Assembly (NCBI GenBank): GCA_900317295.1
Contig: ONGB01000003.1
Span: 12,245-76,244, forward strand
Direction: 5' to 3'
Length of the DNA: 64,000 nt
DNA from: an uncultured Erysipelotrichaceae bacterium
GTDB lineage: Bacteria; Bacillota_I; Bacilli_A; RFN20; CAG-826
Shown one piece after another: positions 20,640 through 30,815 of the stretch. The first letter of the stretch is position 1. Each line of letters begins with the position of its first letter. The notes beneath the pieces are model-generated. The model was given only the letters and a program-made list of their open reading frames with translations. It did not search any database and was not told the DNA's origin. A program made the position numbers and the translations under genes.

Positions 20640-22482
20640 CAACGACGATATCTTCATTCAGCGGGCCGAAGAACGGGCCGAAAGGGAACTTGCGGAAGCA
20701 AAAAAATCCCGCGCTTTCACGCGTCTATTGAAATACACCAAGGGTTATCGTGGCCAAATCGTCCTCGCGTGGATCTTCTGCGTGTTGGAAGTCGCTTGCG
20801 AGGTCGCCATCCCCACCTTGACTCGCCAGGTCATCAATATCATCGAGGGTGCCGGGGCCGTGCCCGCGGTCCCCATCGATTTTTCCCAGCTTTGGCTTTG
20901 GAGTGGCATTACCATGGGTCTTGCCATCTTCAGCGCCTTCTGCGGCATCGTCGCCGGTCAATTCGCCGCGGTCGCCAGCGCCGGTTACGGCCGTAACCTC
21001 CGTAAGGAGATGTATTACAAAATCCAAGACTATTCCTTCACCAACATCGACAAATTCTCTACCGCTTCCCTGGTCACGAGGATGACGACGGATGTCTCCA
21101 ATGTCCAATTCTCCTTGCAGATGATCCTTAGAACGGTCGTTCGTTCGCCGTTGATGCTCGTGTTTGCTTTGACCATGGCCCTCATCACCAAATGGGAGCT
21201 TGGACTTATCTTCCTCGCCGTCCTTCCCTTCCTCGCGTTTGCCTTGTTTGGCATCGCGATAATCGTCCACCCGACTTTCGTTCGCGTCTTCAATGCTTAT
21301 GACGACCTCAACGCCTCCGTTCAAGAGAACCTCAACGGTATTCGCGTCGTCAAATCCTTCGGTCGCGAAGAGTTCGAGAAAGAGAAGTTCGGGCGCGTGT
21401 CTTATTACATTTACCGCGGGTTCATCCACGCGGAGAAAATCTTGGCTTGGAATAACCCCTCCATGCAGATCGCCATGTATACCGCGACGCTTTTATTAGC
21501 GTATTTCGGGGCTAAATTCATCGTCGCAGGCGGAGGAGCGGGGGATTTCCAAGTGGGCCAATTGACCTCGATGTTCAGCTATTCGGGGCAGATTTTGATG
21601 TCCTTGATGATGCTGTCGATGTCCTTCGTCATGCTGACGATCTCCCGCAACTCCGCGGAGCGTATCTACGCCGTCATGAAAGAAGAACAGGACATCGTTT
21701 CCCCGGAGAACGCCTTGACCGAAGTCCCCGACGGATCGGTCGACTTCAATCACGTCCATTTCAAATATTTCAAAGACAGCGAAAAGGACGTCTTAAACGA
21801 CATCGATTTACATATTCCCAGCGGCTCCACCGTTGGCATTATCGGTGTAACGGGGTCCTCCAAAACGACTTTGATCTCCTTGATCGCCCGTCTTTATGAC
21901 GCGACGGAAGGAAACGTCCAAGTCGGTGGGAACGACGTCAAAGCATATGACCTCCATGTTCTTAGGGACGCGGTCGCCGTGGTGTTGCAGAAGAACACCT
22001 TGTTCACCGGGACGATCAAATCCAATTTGCTTTGGGGCAACGAAAACGCCACCGACGAGGAAATTAAAGAAGCCTGCCATTTGGCGTGCGCCGATGAGTT
22101 CATCGAACGCTTCCCCGAAGGATATGACACCAAAATCGAGGAGGGGGGCACCAATGTTTCCGGCGGTCAGAAGCAACGCCTTTGCATCGCCAGGGCGCTT
22201 CTGAAGAAGCCCAAGATCCTCATTTTGGACGATTCCACCAGCGCGGTGGATACCCACACCGACGCCTTAATCCGCGCCTCTTTCGCGACCAAAATCCCCC
22301 ATGTGACGAAATTCATCGTCGCCCAAAGACTTTTATCGATCAAAGAAAGCGACATCATCCTCATTTTGGAGGATGGCCGCATCATCGCTCAGGGCACCAA
22401 CGACGAATTGATGGAATCCTCGCCGGTTTACCGCGAGCTATATGAAACGCAGCTGGGAGGAGGTGACTTCGATGCCGAGTAA
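20632..22482 (+). CDS. Heterodimeric ABC exporter subunit (TMD+NBD, degenerate site)
   Basis: Six TMs, GVTGSSKT, VSGGQKQR and ILDDSTSAVD. Confidence 0.93.
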   Translation: MSSNDDIFIQRAEERAERELAEAKKSRAFTRLLKYTKGYRGQIVLAWIFCVLEVACEVAIPTLTRQVINIIEGAGAVPAVPIDFSQLWLWSGITMGLAIFSAFCGIVAGQFAAVASAGYGRNLRKEMYYKIQDYSFTNIDKFSTASLVTRMTTDVSNVQFSLQMILRTVVRSPLMLVFALTMALITKWELGLIFLAVLPFLAFALFGIAIIVHPTFVRVFNAYDDLNASVQENLNGIRVVKSFGREEFEKEKFGRVSYYIYRGFIHAEKILAWNNPSMQIAMYTATLLLAYFGAKFIVAGGGAGDFQVGQLTSMFSYSGQILMSLMMLSMSFVMLTISRNSAERIYAVMKEEQDIVSPENALTEVPDGSVDFNHVHFKYFKDSEKDVLNDIDLHIPSGSTVGIIGVTGSSKTTLISLIARLYDATEGNVQVGGNDVKAYDLHVLRDAVAVVLQKNTLFTGTIKSNLLWGNENATDEEIKEACHLACADEFIERFPEGYDTKIEEGGTNVSGGQKQRLCIARALLKKPKILILDDSTSAVDTHTDALIRASFATKIPHVTKFIVAQRLLSIKESDIILILEDGRIIAQGTNDELMESSPVYRELYETQLGGGDFDAE

Positions 22483-24427
22483 GATGAAACGCGGGGGCGG
22501 AAGAAAACGCCTGACCGGCAAAGAAGCCGCCCGCATCCTAAAGCGTCTTTTGAAGACGATGTTCTCCCTCTATCCGTGGCAGATTCCTTTGGCGTTGATC
22601 GTGATGTTCATCAACTCCGGCGCCGCGGTCATCGGGTCGCTTTTCACCGGCCAAATCGTCATCGGGCATTATCTAAGCCTGGCTTTGGGCCATCAAAGCG
22701 AAATCACGAACCCCTTATTGCTCGCTTTGCTTCCGAAGCAGGACTTCCCCGAGGGGCTGACCGTCGCCATCCTCATCATGGCGGGCATCTACCTCGTGGG
22801 CATCGCCTCCGCCTATTTCTATCAGATCATGACCTCGATCATCGGGCAGGGGACGCAGAAGAAGATTCGCGACGAAGTGTTCATGCACATGGAATCGCTG
22901 CCCCTATCCTATTTTGATTCCCGCACGCACGGGGACATCATGTCCATCTACACCAATGACATCGATACCTTGCGCGAAATGATCAGCCGCGTGATGCCGA
23001 TGCTCATCAACTCGTTGGTCACCATGGCGGTCGTTTTGATCGGCATGCTGCTCTCCAGTTGGGTCCTTGCTTTGGTGGTCTTGGGCTTCGGCCTCATCAT
23101 TTTGCTCATCGTCTTCTACGTCACCTCCCAGTCCGCGAAATTCTTCATCGGGCAGCAGCGCGCCCTTGGGGCAACCGATGGCTATATCGAGGAAATGATC
23201 TCCGGCCAAAAGGTCATCAAGGTGTTCAACCACGAAGAAGCCGCCAAAGAAGGCTTCGACAAGCTTAACGATGAACTTTGCTACTACACGACGAAGGCCC
23301 AACGTTTCTCGATGATTCTCGGCCCCGTGGTCAACAACATGTCCAACCTCCTTTACGTCGTCATCGGCGTGGTAGGGGCCTATGGATACGCGAACGCCTG
23401 GCCGACCATCGGTGTCGGCATCATCGTCTCCTTCTTCGGGATGGGCCGTTCCTTCACGATGCCGATCATGCAGATATCCAACCAAATCAACATGCTGACC
23501 ATGGCTCTTGCCGGGGCCCAGCGCATCTTCGAATTGATGGATGCCACCCCCGAAACCGATGAAGGTTATGTCACCCTCGTCATGGCCAAAGAAGATGAAT
23601 CCGGGCGACCCATACCATCGGATTCCTTCACGGGGAAGTGGGCGTGGAAGCATCCGCATACCGATGGATCCGGCACCGATTACGTGTGGATGAAGGGCAA
23701 GGTCAATCTCTATGATGTCGACTTTGGCTATCGCCCAGATAAGCTCGTCCTCCATGACATCACCCTCTACGCCAAGCCCGGGCAGAAAGTCGCTTTCGTC
23801 GGCCCGACGGGCGCGGGAAAGACCACGGTCACCAACCTCTTGAATCGCTTCTATGACATCGCCGACGGGAAGATCCGCATCGACGACATCAACGTGAACA
23901 AGATCAAGAAACACGATCTGCGACGCACGATGGCCGTCGTTTTGCAGGAGACGAACCTTTTCACCGCGACGGTCAAAGACAATATCCGTTATGGCAACCC
24001 CGAAGCGACTGACGAAGAAGTCATCCAGGCCGCGAAGCTCGCCAACGCGCATAATTTTATTGAGATGCTCCCGCAGGGGTATGACACGATGCTCGATGGG
24101 GCGGGCGCAGGGTTATCGCAAGGCCAACGCCAATTGATTTCCATCGCCAGGGCCGCCTGCACCAACCCGCCGATCTTGATTCTCGACGAGGCCACCTCTT
24201 CCATCGATAGCCGCACCGAAAAGCTGGTGCAGCAGGGGATGGACGCCATCATGAAGGGGCGCACCGTCTTCGTGATCGCCCACCGTCTAAGCACGGTTAA
24301 GAATTCCGACGTCATCATGGTCCTCGAATCCGGAAGGATCATCGAGCGCGGATCCCATGACGAGCTGATCGCCGCGAAGGGCAAATACTATCAGCTCTAT
24401 ACCGGCGGGAAAGAGGATTTGGCCTAA
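22472..24427 (+). CDS. Heterodimeric ABC exporter subunit (TMD+NBD, consensus site)
   Basis: GPTGAGKT, LSQGQRQ, ILDEATSSID and IAHRL; start MPSK after GGAGG. Confidence 0.93.
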   Translation: MPSKMKRGGGRKRLTGKEAARILKRLLKTMFSLYPWQIPLALIVMFINSGAAVIGSLFTGQIVIGHYLSLALGHQSEITNPLLLALLPKQDFPEGLTVAILIMAGIYLVGIASAYFYQIMTSIIGQGTQKKIRDEVFMHMESLPLSYFDSRTHGDIMSIYTNDIDTLREMISRVMPMLINSLVTMAVVLIGMLLSSWVLALVVLGFGLIILLIVFYVTSQSAKFFIGQQRALGATDGYIEEMISGQKVIKVFNHEEAAKEGFDKLNDELCYYTTKAQRFSMILGPVVNNMSNLLYVVIGVVGAYGYANAWPTIGVGIIVSFFGMGRSFTMPIMQISNQINMLTMALAGAQRIFELMDATPETDEGYVTLVMAKEDESGRPIPSDSFTGKWAWKHPHTDGSGTDYVWMKGKVNLYDVDFGYRPDKLVLHDITLYAKPGQKVAFVGPTGAGKTTVTNLLNRFYDIADGKIRIDDINVNKIKKHDLRRTMAVVLQETNLFTATVKDNIRYGNPEATDEEVIQAAKLANAHNFIEMLPQGYDTMLDGAGAGLSQGQRQLISIARAACTNPPILILDEATSSIDSRTEKLVQQGMDAIMKGRTVFVIAHRLSTVKNSDVIMVLESGRIIERGSHDELIAAKGKYYQLYTGGKEDLA

Positions 24428-24453
24428 TCCGGCCGCGAAATGAGGCAGTTTTT

Positions 24454-25692
24454 ATGAAAGACGAAGCAATTAAGCAACTGATGAACCGCGAAGTCGAAAG
24501 GCAGAATCGCGGGATTGAGCTCATCGCCTCGGAGAACTATCCGTCCAAGGATGTGCGCGAGGCTTGCTCCTCGATTTTCATGGCCAAATACGCCGAAGGA
24601 TATCCCGGAAAACGGTATTACGGCGGCTGCGAGACCGTGGACGAAATGGAAACTCTCTCCATTGAAAGGGCCAAGGCGCTTTTTCGTTGCCGTTACGCGA
24701 ACGTCCAACCCCATAGCGGTTCCCAAGCCAATTTCGCCGCCTACCGCGCCATGCTCAACCCCGGGGATAAGGTTTTGTCTCTCGCCTTAAATGACGGAGG
24801 CCACCTCACCCACGGTTCCCCGGTGTCCTTCTCTTCCGCGGACTACACGTTTGTCCATTACGATTTGGGAAACGACGGACGTTTGGATCTGGAGATCATC
24901 AAACGGCGGCTTCATGAAGAAAAACCACGCCTATTCTTGGCCGGTTATAGCGCCTATCCCTTCGCTATCGACTTCGCCGCGATGCGGAAAATCATCGATG
25001 ACTATAACGCCCAGGCGGAAACCCCATGCCTTTTCATGGTGGATATGGCCCACATCGCCGGGATCGTCGCCGCAGGGCTATGCCAGAATCCCTGCGATTA
25101 TGCGGATGCGGTTACCTCGACCACCCACAAGACCCTCCGCGGGCCTAGAGGAGGCTTGATCCTCACCAATCGTGAAGACTTGGCCAAAAAGATCAATTTC
25201 GCCGTTTTCCCCTATTCCCAAGGCGGCCCCTTGGAACACATCATCGCCGGGAAGGCCGTGTGCTTCCTAGAAGACTCCAAACCAGAATTCAGGGCATACA
25301 TGCAGTTGGTTTTGGATAATACCAAGGCCTGCTGCGATGAGTTGATGAAGCTTGGATGCGTCTGCTCCGGAACCGAGAACCACCTGTTCCTGCTCGATGT
25401 GTTATCTTCCTTCGGCATCAATGGGAAAGAAGCTCAAGAGAGACTGGGGGAGATCGACATCACCGCGAACAAGAACATGATTCACGGCGATACCTTGCCC
25501 CCTCAGCAAGCTTCCGGCGTCCGTTTCGGATTCGCCGCCGCGACCACGCGGGGCTGCACCAAAGAAGACGCGAAGGAAATCGCCCACATCATCTATGACG
25601 CCTTAAAAGGCGAGGCAGACAAACAAAAGCTTATTTCTCGGGTGCAAAGCATCGTTTCCCGTTGGAAAAACGTATTGGAACTCGAAGCGTAG
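24454..25692 (+). CDS. glyA: Serine hydroxymethyltransferase
   Basis: LIASEN, KYAEGYPGKRYYGG, QPHSGSQAN, GGHLTHG and TTHKTLRGPRGG motifs. Confidence 0.97.
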   Translation: MKDEAIKQLMNREVERQNRGIELIASENYPSKDVREACSSIFMAKYAEGYPGKRYYGGCETVDEMETLSIERAKALFRCRYANVQPHSGSQANFAAYRAMLNPGDKVLSLALNDGGHLTHGSPVSFSSADYTFVHYDLGNDGRLDLEIIKRRLHEEKPRLFLAGYSAYPFAIDFAAMRKIIDDYNAQAETPCLFMVDMAHIAGIVAAGLCQNPCDYADAVTSTTHKTLRGPRGGLILTNREDLAKKINFAVFPYSQGGPLEHIIAGKAVCFLEDSKPEFRAYMQLVLDNTKACCDELMKLGCVCSGTENHLFLLDVLSSFGINGKEAQERLGEIDITANKNMIHGDTLPPQQASGVRFGFAAATTRGCTKEDAKEIAHIIYDALKGEADKQKLISRVQSIVSRWKNVLELEA

Positions 25693-25768
25693 AACCCAAA
25701 GCGTGTGCCCGTTCCCAAATGGGCGCGTGTAGAGTAAGATAACCCACGACCTTAGGCAGGTGAGAATT

Positions 25769-27253
25769 ATGGAAGAAAAACTGAACGACCAAGAACAAGC
25801 GCGCGTAGACAAGCTTGCCAAATACGAAGAACTCGGCATCGACCCCTTCGGATCCCGTTATGACTGGAAGGATCGCCTTTGCGACATCCGTCGTGAATAC
25901 GGCGACCTCTCCGCGGAGGAAATCGAAGCCAAACAGGTCCGCGTGAAAGCCGCGGGCCGCTTGATGGCCATCCGCCGCATGGGGAAGGCGAGCTTTGTCA
26001 ACCTTCAAGACGAATATGGGACCATCCAAGGTTGGATTGGGATCAATATCGTCGGGGAGTTCGACTACTCCGTTTTCAAGTTGGCCGACCTCGGCGACAT
26101 CGTCGGGCTAGAAGGCATCTTGATGAAGTCCCGCACTGGCGAATTGACGATTCGAGTGGAGAAATACACGCATATTTGCAAATGCCTCAAGCCGCTTCCT
26201 GAGAAATTTCATGGCTTAACCGACACCGAAGACCGTTATCGTCATCGCTATGTCGACATGATCGTCAACGAGGATTCCCGCCACATCGCGATCCTCCGTC
26301 CGCGCATCGTCAAAGAGATTCGCGACTACTGCGATAGCCTCGGCTTCGTCGAAGTGGAAACTCCGGTTCTTGACCCCGTTGCCGGCGGCGCGGCCGCTCG
26401 CCCGTTCATCACGCACCATAACGCTTTGGACAAAGACTTCCATCTTCGCATCGCCACCGAGCTTAACCTCAAGAAGGCGATGATTGGCGGCATCGATCGC
26501 GTCTATGAGATCGGCCGCATCTTCCGCAACGAAGGCATCGATACCCGCCACAATCCGGAATTCACGACCATTGAGCTCTACCAAGCCTATGGCGACCTCC
26601 AATCCATGCGCGAATGGACCGAAGGACTGTTCAAAGACATCGCCACCAAGGTTCTAGGCACGGAAAAGGTGCGGTGGGGCGACATCGAAATTGACTTCTC
26701 CAAGCCCTTCCGCTGGATTTCCATGGCGGAGGCCATCAAAGAGAAGACCGGCATCGACTTCACCCAGGACATTTCCTTCGAGGAAGCCGTCCGCCTCGCC
26801 AAGGAACACAAAGTCCCCTTGGAGAAGAGCTGGAACAGCACCGGTTACATCATGCAGGCCTTCTTCGACGAGTTCGTCGAGAAAGACCTCATCCAACCGA
26901 CCTTCATCCATACCTATCCGATCGAAGTGAGCCCGCTCACCAAGAAAGGACCGGACCCCCGTTTCGTGGAGCGCTTCGAGTTCTTCATCGGCGGATTCGA
27001 GTTCGGCAATGCCTATAGCGAGCTGAACAACCCCTTCGATCAGATGGAGCGCTTCCAGGCGCAGCTCGCGGCGAAGAACCGCGGCGACGAAGAGGCCAAC
27101 GACATCGACCACACCTTCATGGACGCCATGCGTTACGGCATGCCTCCCGCGGGTGGAATTGGGGTCGGTATCGACCGCCTCTGCATGCTCTTCTGCAACG
27201 TTCAGAACATCAGGGAAGTCATCCTCTTCCCCACGATGAAGGACGAGAAATAA
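25769..27253 (+). CDS. lysS: Lysine--tRNA ligase (class II)
   Basis: KPLPEK.HGL, GGAAARPF, FRNEG...HNPEFT, GNAYSELN and GIDRL motifs. Confidence 0.98.
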   Translation: MEEKLNDQEQARVDKLAKYEELGIDPFGSRYDWKDRLCDIRREYGDLSAEEIEAKQVRVKAAGRLMAIRRMGKASFVNLQDEYGTIQGWIGINIVGEFDYSVFKLADLGDIVGLEGILMKSRTGELTIRVEKYTHICKCLKPLPEKFHGLTDTEDRYRHRYVDMIVNEDSRHIAILRPRIVKEIRDYCDSLGFVEVETPVLDPVAGGAAARPFITHHNALDKDFHLRIATELNLKKAMIGGIDRVYEIGRIFRNEGIDTRHNPEFTTIELYQAYGDLQSMREWTEGLFKDIATKVLGTEKVRWGDIEIDFSKPFRWISMAEAIKEKTGIDFTQDISFEEAVRLAKEHKVPLEKSWNSTGYIMQAFFDEFVEKDLIQPTFIHTYPIEVSPLTKKGPDPRFVERFEFFIGGFEFGNAYSELNNPFDQMERFQAQLAAKNRGDEEANDIDHTFMDAMRYGMPPAGGIGVGIDRLCMLFCNVQNIREVILFPTMKDEK

Positions 27254-27262
27254 AAACGTGCA

Positions 27263-27296
27263 AAAAACCGGATTTCGTTGCAGAAGCCCGGTTTTT
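27263..27296. terminator. Bidirectional terminator between convergent genes
   Basis: AAAAACCGG...CCGGTTTTT. Confidence 0.7.
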
Positions 27297-27305
27297 GTTA
27301 TCGAT

Positions 27306-29243
27306 TTATAGGTTGATCGTGCCGACTTTGTATTCGTTCTTCGACCGCCCGACAAGATAGAAATTCAACTCAACCCCAGCGGGGATTGGGGCAACCTTTT
27401 CATAGTCGTCGCCCACCTTGTTGAGACGCAGCGAGACGAGGTCTCCGCCTTGCTCATATTCGACTTTGGCATAGGAGAAATATTCGGGGTCGTTCTTGAT
27501 GGAAGAGATGGATAAATGGCAACCATCTTCCTCAACCAAAGCAGACACTTCCGCCTTAGGCAGACGATGGGTCTTTTCCAGATGGGTCATATCCAAATTG
27601 CGGAGGCGGAGGAGTTTCTCCATGATCGGGGTTTCTTTTTGGACGTCCGCGGAGAGGCGGGCAAAGCCATATTTTTCGACCAGGGTTTCTTCGTTAGAGA
27701 ACAGGTTGGCGCCTAAGCCCAGGCGGTTCCCGTCGATTGTGCAGCCCAAGGCCGCCAAAGTGGTGGGGAAGGCATCGAAGGAGGAATACTCTCTTCTGGC
27801 GTTGGTGTCATAAGCGGAGACGGGCGCGGCGTTGATATAGGAAGCATAGGTGCGGCGTTGATAACCCTTGGGGGCGCCGTCAGCGAAATTCTTCGCCATC
27901 GAGGGGTGATCCCCCATTAGAACGAAAGCGGTATTGGCCTTGACCAAAGGATCGATTTCCGTATTCGTGGGATCATAGAACCATTCCACGAATTCGCTGA
28001 CTTGCTTGGAGTCGCAATGGAGGGCCTTTTCGTATTGGCGGTCATATTCGGGGTCGTCGCGGCAAAGATCGCATAGGTGCCCGTCGCCGCTGAAGATGTC
28101 CCCAAAATGGCTATCGACGGTGATGGCGGTCATATTGAACGGGCGGCCTTCGTCCACATAGGTTTGGCTCTTTTCGATGAGGTCTTCTTTCATGAAACGG
28201 AGAAGATCTTGGTCGTTGAAGCCCCACCACCCATCGTAATCAACGTGATTGGGGTCCTCTTCCGGGAGGGAGTGATAGTATTCGTAATCCTTGAACTCGA
28301 ATTCGCCGTGTCCGCTTAGGAACAATGCGCGCCCGCCGAAAGTCGCCGCGGAACCGCAGTAGAAAGTCTGGTCATACCCTTCGGTTTCTAATAGATCGCC
28401 AAGGCTCGTGACGCCGCCGAAGAAATCGACTTTGTTGCCGATCGCGGTCTCGAATAGGCCGATTTTGCAGGGAAGCCCGGTGCTCGTGGAGAAAATTCCG
28501 GCGGTGGTCCAGTTGGTGAGGGGAAGGGACAAGGCGCCGTTTAGCTTGGGGTCGGTTCCGCCGAAATCCTCGCCCATACTCTCGTTAAGCGCCGTGAGTT
28601 CGGGGATGATGTTTTTCTCGAAGATCCCGCCGTGGGCCGGGTCGGTGAAAGTGACTTCCGTCGATTCGAGATAGATGAAGACGAGGTTACGCTTCATCGT
28701 GGGGAAGAAAACGCGGGGATTGTCTTCTTCGTCATAGGGATCGACGTAATTCTCATCGAGCAACAGGGTCTTTTGGGAAGATAAGGCGATGTAGCCAGAG
28801 ACATCGAGGAAGTTCCAGGTGATCGTCCCAATGACCACGATGCCGATGAGGGCGAGGGCCCCAGCGCTATAGAAGGGAAATTTCTTTTGGGTGGGCCGTC
28901 TCCACCAAAGGGCATAAAGCATGACGGGGACGGAAAGCAAAAGCAAAGGCGCGACGACCGCGGACATGCAGAACCAGAAGACGGAACGCGCCGCGGTGCC
29001 GTCGAGCATCTTGAGCTGGGTGATGACCTCGACAAGGCCGACGTCATCCCAGTTCACGAGCATGTAAACGCAGGCACCGCAAACGAAAAGCAAAGCAAAG
29101 CAGCCAAGGAAAAAAGCAACGGATCCAATGATCCTCCAGACCATTTTCTTGCGACTTTGCTTAAGGTCTTTTTGGGGTTCTCCGGCGTTTTCCGCGGGAG
29201 TTTCCCCTTCGTTTTCCAATTTGGGCTCTTCTTCGTTCGGCAC
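27306..29243 (-). CDS. LTA synthase/phosphoglycerol transferase (MdoB-like) sulfatase-fold membrane protein
   Basis: N-terminal TMs; NLVFIYLES, catalytic WT, DSHF, GDH and GNRLGLG.NLF motifs. Confidence 0.85.
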   Translation of the reverse strand: MPNEEEPKLENEGETPAENAGEPQKDLKQSRKKMVWRIIGSVAFFLGCFALLFVCGACVYMLVNWDDVGLVEVITQLKMLDGTAARSVFWFCMSAVVAPLLLLSVPVMLYALWWRRPTQKKFPFYSAGALALIGIVVIGTITWNFLDVSGYIALSSQKTLLLDENYVDPYDEEDNPRVFFPTMKRNLVFIYLESTEVTFTDPAHGGIFEKNIIPELTALNESMGEDFGGTDPKLNGALSLPLTNWTTAGIFSTSTGLPCKIGLFETAIGNKVDFFGGVTSLGDLLETEGYDQTFYCGSAATFGGRALFLSGHGEFEFKDYEYYHSLPEEDPNHVDYDGWWGFNDQDLLRFMKEDLIEKSQTYVDEGRPFNMTAITVDSHFGDIFSGDGHLCDLCRDDPEYDRQYEKALHCDSKQVSEFVEWFYDPTNTEIDPLVKANTAFVLMGDHPSMAKNFADGAPKGYQRRTYASYINAAPVSAYDTNARREYSSFDAFPTTLAALGCTIDGNRLGLGANLFSNEETLVEKYGFARLSADVQKETPIMEKLLRLRNLDMTHLEKTHRLPKAEVSALVEEDGCHLSISSIKNDPEYFSYAKVEYEQGGDLVSLRLNKVGDDYEKVAPIPAGVELNFYLVGRSKNEYKVGTINL

Positions 29244-29410
29244 GACGCTATTTTATTAGCCTTCTCCCTTCAGTGCGAAAACTTTTGTTCTTTCCTATGG
29301 AAAAACGAAGCGGTTTTTACAATTTCGCCCGTTCATGGGTATAGGAAAGGTGTAGAGGGTTTGACGCCGCCCTCTACGCAAACAACGGGAAGGAGAAAGA
29401 AAAACCTAGG

Positions 29411-29439
29411 TTGCCTAATCGCGTATGCGCTTGTATAAT
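29411..29439 (+). promoter_or_regulatory. Sigma-A promoter of rpsF-ssb-rpsR
   Basis: TTGCCT-17 bp-TATAAT. Confidence 0.75.
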
Positions 29440-29468
29440 CCCATAGCCGTTTTGAAGGAAACGGCACA

Positions 29469-29526
29469 CACTTCTATGGTCGCACGGTGCCAACCGAGGC
29501 GACCCATAGTCCGAAATTAGGAGGTG
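29469..29526 (+). promoter_or_regulatory. S6:S18 ribosomal protein leader RNA
   Basis: CACTTCT can pair with the SD GGAGGTG; inner hairpin TATGGTCGC..GCGACCCATA followed by unpaired CCG, the architecture of the S6:S18 leader; lies directly before rpsF. Confidence 0.7.
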
Positions 29527-29535
29527 CACACAGCT

Positions 29536-29823
29536 ATGGAAAAGTACGAACTCATGTACATCATCTCCGCTGACCTGGACGAAGCGTCCCGCAAAGCTGA
29601 GATCGAGAAACTCCACAAGATCCTCACCGACAACAAAGCGGTCATCCGCGATGTCAAGGAATGGGGGGTCCGCGAGTTCGCGAGCCCGATTCACAAGCTC
29701 ACCAAAGGCTACTATGTCGTTCTTAAATTGGACGGCGAACACGCCGGGTTGCTCGAGTTTGAACGTCTTGCTCGCCTTGACAACCAAGTTATCCGTTTCC
29801 TGTTAACCGTTGATAAAGACTAA
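29536..29823 (+). CDS. rpsF: 30S ribosomal protein S6
   Basis: KYELMYII, WG.REFA.PI.K..KGYY and VIRFL motifs. Confidence 0.96.
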   Translation: MEKYELMYIISADLDEASRKAEIEKLHKILTDNKAVIRDVKEWGVREFASPIHKLTKGYYVVLKLDGEHAGLLEFERLARLDNQVIRFLLTVDKD

Positions 29824-29843
29824 GCTCTTAGGAGGATAACAAA

Positions 29844-30302
29844 ATGCTTAACAATGTCGTTCTAGTCGGTCGCCTTACCCGCGATCCCGAAATCCGTCAA
29901 ACCACCAGCGGCAACAGCGTGGCTTCCTTCACCCTCGCTTCCGATGATAGCCGCCGTGGCCCCAACAACGAAAAACAGACGGTGTTCATCAACGTCTCGA
30001 TCTTCGGTAAACAGACCGATGTCGTCAGCCGCTTCACGCGCAAAGGTTCCTTGGTGGGCATCACGGGTCGTTTGATCCAGCGCAAATACACCAACCGCGC
30101 CGGCGTGGAAGTCACCGCCACCGAAATCGTTGCCGAACGCATTGAACTCATGGACCCGAAAGGCGCCGGCGTCTCTGACGCGGAAGCCGGATATCAATCC
30201 GACCGTCCCGCCCCCGCCGCCCCCGCTTCCCAGGTTCGCCCCGAACCCGAAGAGAACGGAGGAAACCTCGATCCTCTCCTTGAGGACGACCTCCCCTTCT
30301 AA
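29844..30302 (+). CDS. ssb: Single-stranded DNA-binding protein
   Basis: [14 protein letters not shown] and C-terminal DDLPF. Confidence 0.97.
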   Translation: MLNNVVLVGRLTRDPEIRQTTSGNSVASFTLASDDSRRGPNNEKQTVFINVSIFGKQTDVVSRFTRKGSLVGITGRLIQRKYTNRAGVEVTATEIVAERIELMDPKGAGVSDAEAGYQSDRPAPAAPASQVRPEPEENGGNLDPLLEDDLPF

Positions 30303-30325
30303 GTTCAGAAAGGATTAAAAAAAAT

Positions 30326-30550
30326 ATGGCTTTCCGTAAAATGCGGTCCCGCCGCAAGGCCTGCTACTTCAAGAAAAACCACATCAAATACGTCGATTAC
30401 AAAGACGTGGAGCTTCTCTCCCGCTTCATCGGCGCCGATGGGAAAATCACCCCGCGTTCCATCACCGGAACCTCGGCGAAGTATCAGCGTCAGCTTGCCG
30501 TCGCGATCAAGAACGCTCGCTTCATGGGCCTGCTCCCCGACGTCAAATAA
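30326..30550 (+). CDS. rpsR: 30S ribosomal protein S18
   Basis: [18 protein letters not shown] and QRQLA.AIK.AR motifs. Confidence 0.97.
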   Translation: MAFRKMRSRRKACYFKKNHIKYVDYKDVELLSRFIGADGKITPRSITGTSAKYQRQLAVAIKNARFMGLLPDVK

Positions 30551-30620
30551 GTGCGAACCCGCTGTGTTAGGACGAGACCGATTCCCCTCGTTAATACGAA
30601 GACCGTTCTCCCCGAAGCAC

Positions 30621-30668
30621 GAAGCAACAAACCAATAAGACCGTCCATCGCTGGGCGGTTTTCTTATG
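30621..30668 (+). repeat. Terminator-containing direct repeat, copy 1
   Basis: GAAGCAACAAACCAATAAGACCGTCCATCGCTGGGCGGTTTTCTTATG, similar to 32031-32077. Confidence 0.75.
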
Positions 30669-30698
30669 TTTCTCCTCTTGCTAGTAGTATAATTGGCT

Positions 30699-30757
30699 TG
30701 GGAATGATGTCTCCCATCTAGAAATAGAGAACCGCAATGAAGTGCTGATGACGTCTA
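30699..30757 (+). promoter_or_regulatory. Fluoride (crcB) riboswitch with overlapping terminator to ~30792
   Basis: GGGAATGATGTCTCCC...AACCGC...GCTGATGACGTCTA fits the fluoride aptamer consensus including the GATGTC/GACGTC pseudoknot; TATAAT at 30688; terminator GTGCTGAT..TCTATGAC/GTCATAGA..ATCAGCGC-TTTT. Confidence 0.88.
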
Positions 30758-30815
30758 TGACTTGTTTTGTCATAGAAATCAGCGCTTTTGTTTCTATGGC
30801 AGATGGGAGGTATCG

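Noticed and set aside
28877-28887. CGTCTCCACCA matching the tmRNA 3' end
   Set aside because: 11-nt match inside a coding region far from the islet; most likely chance
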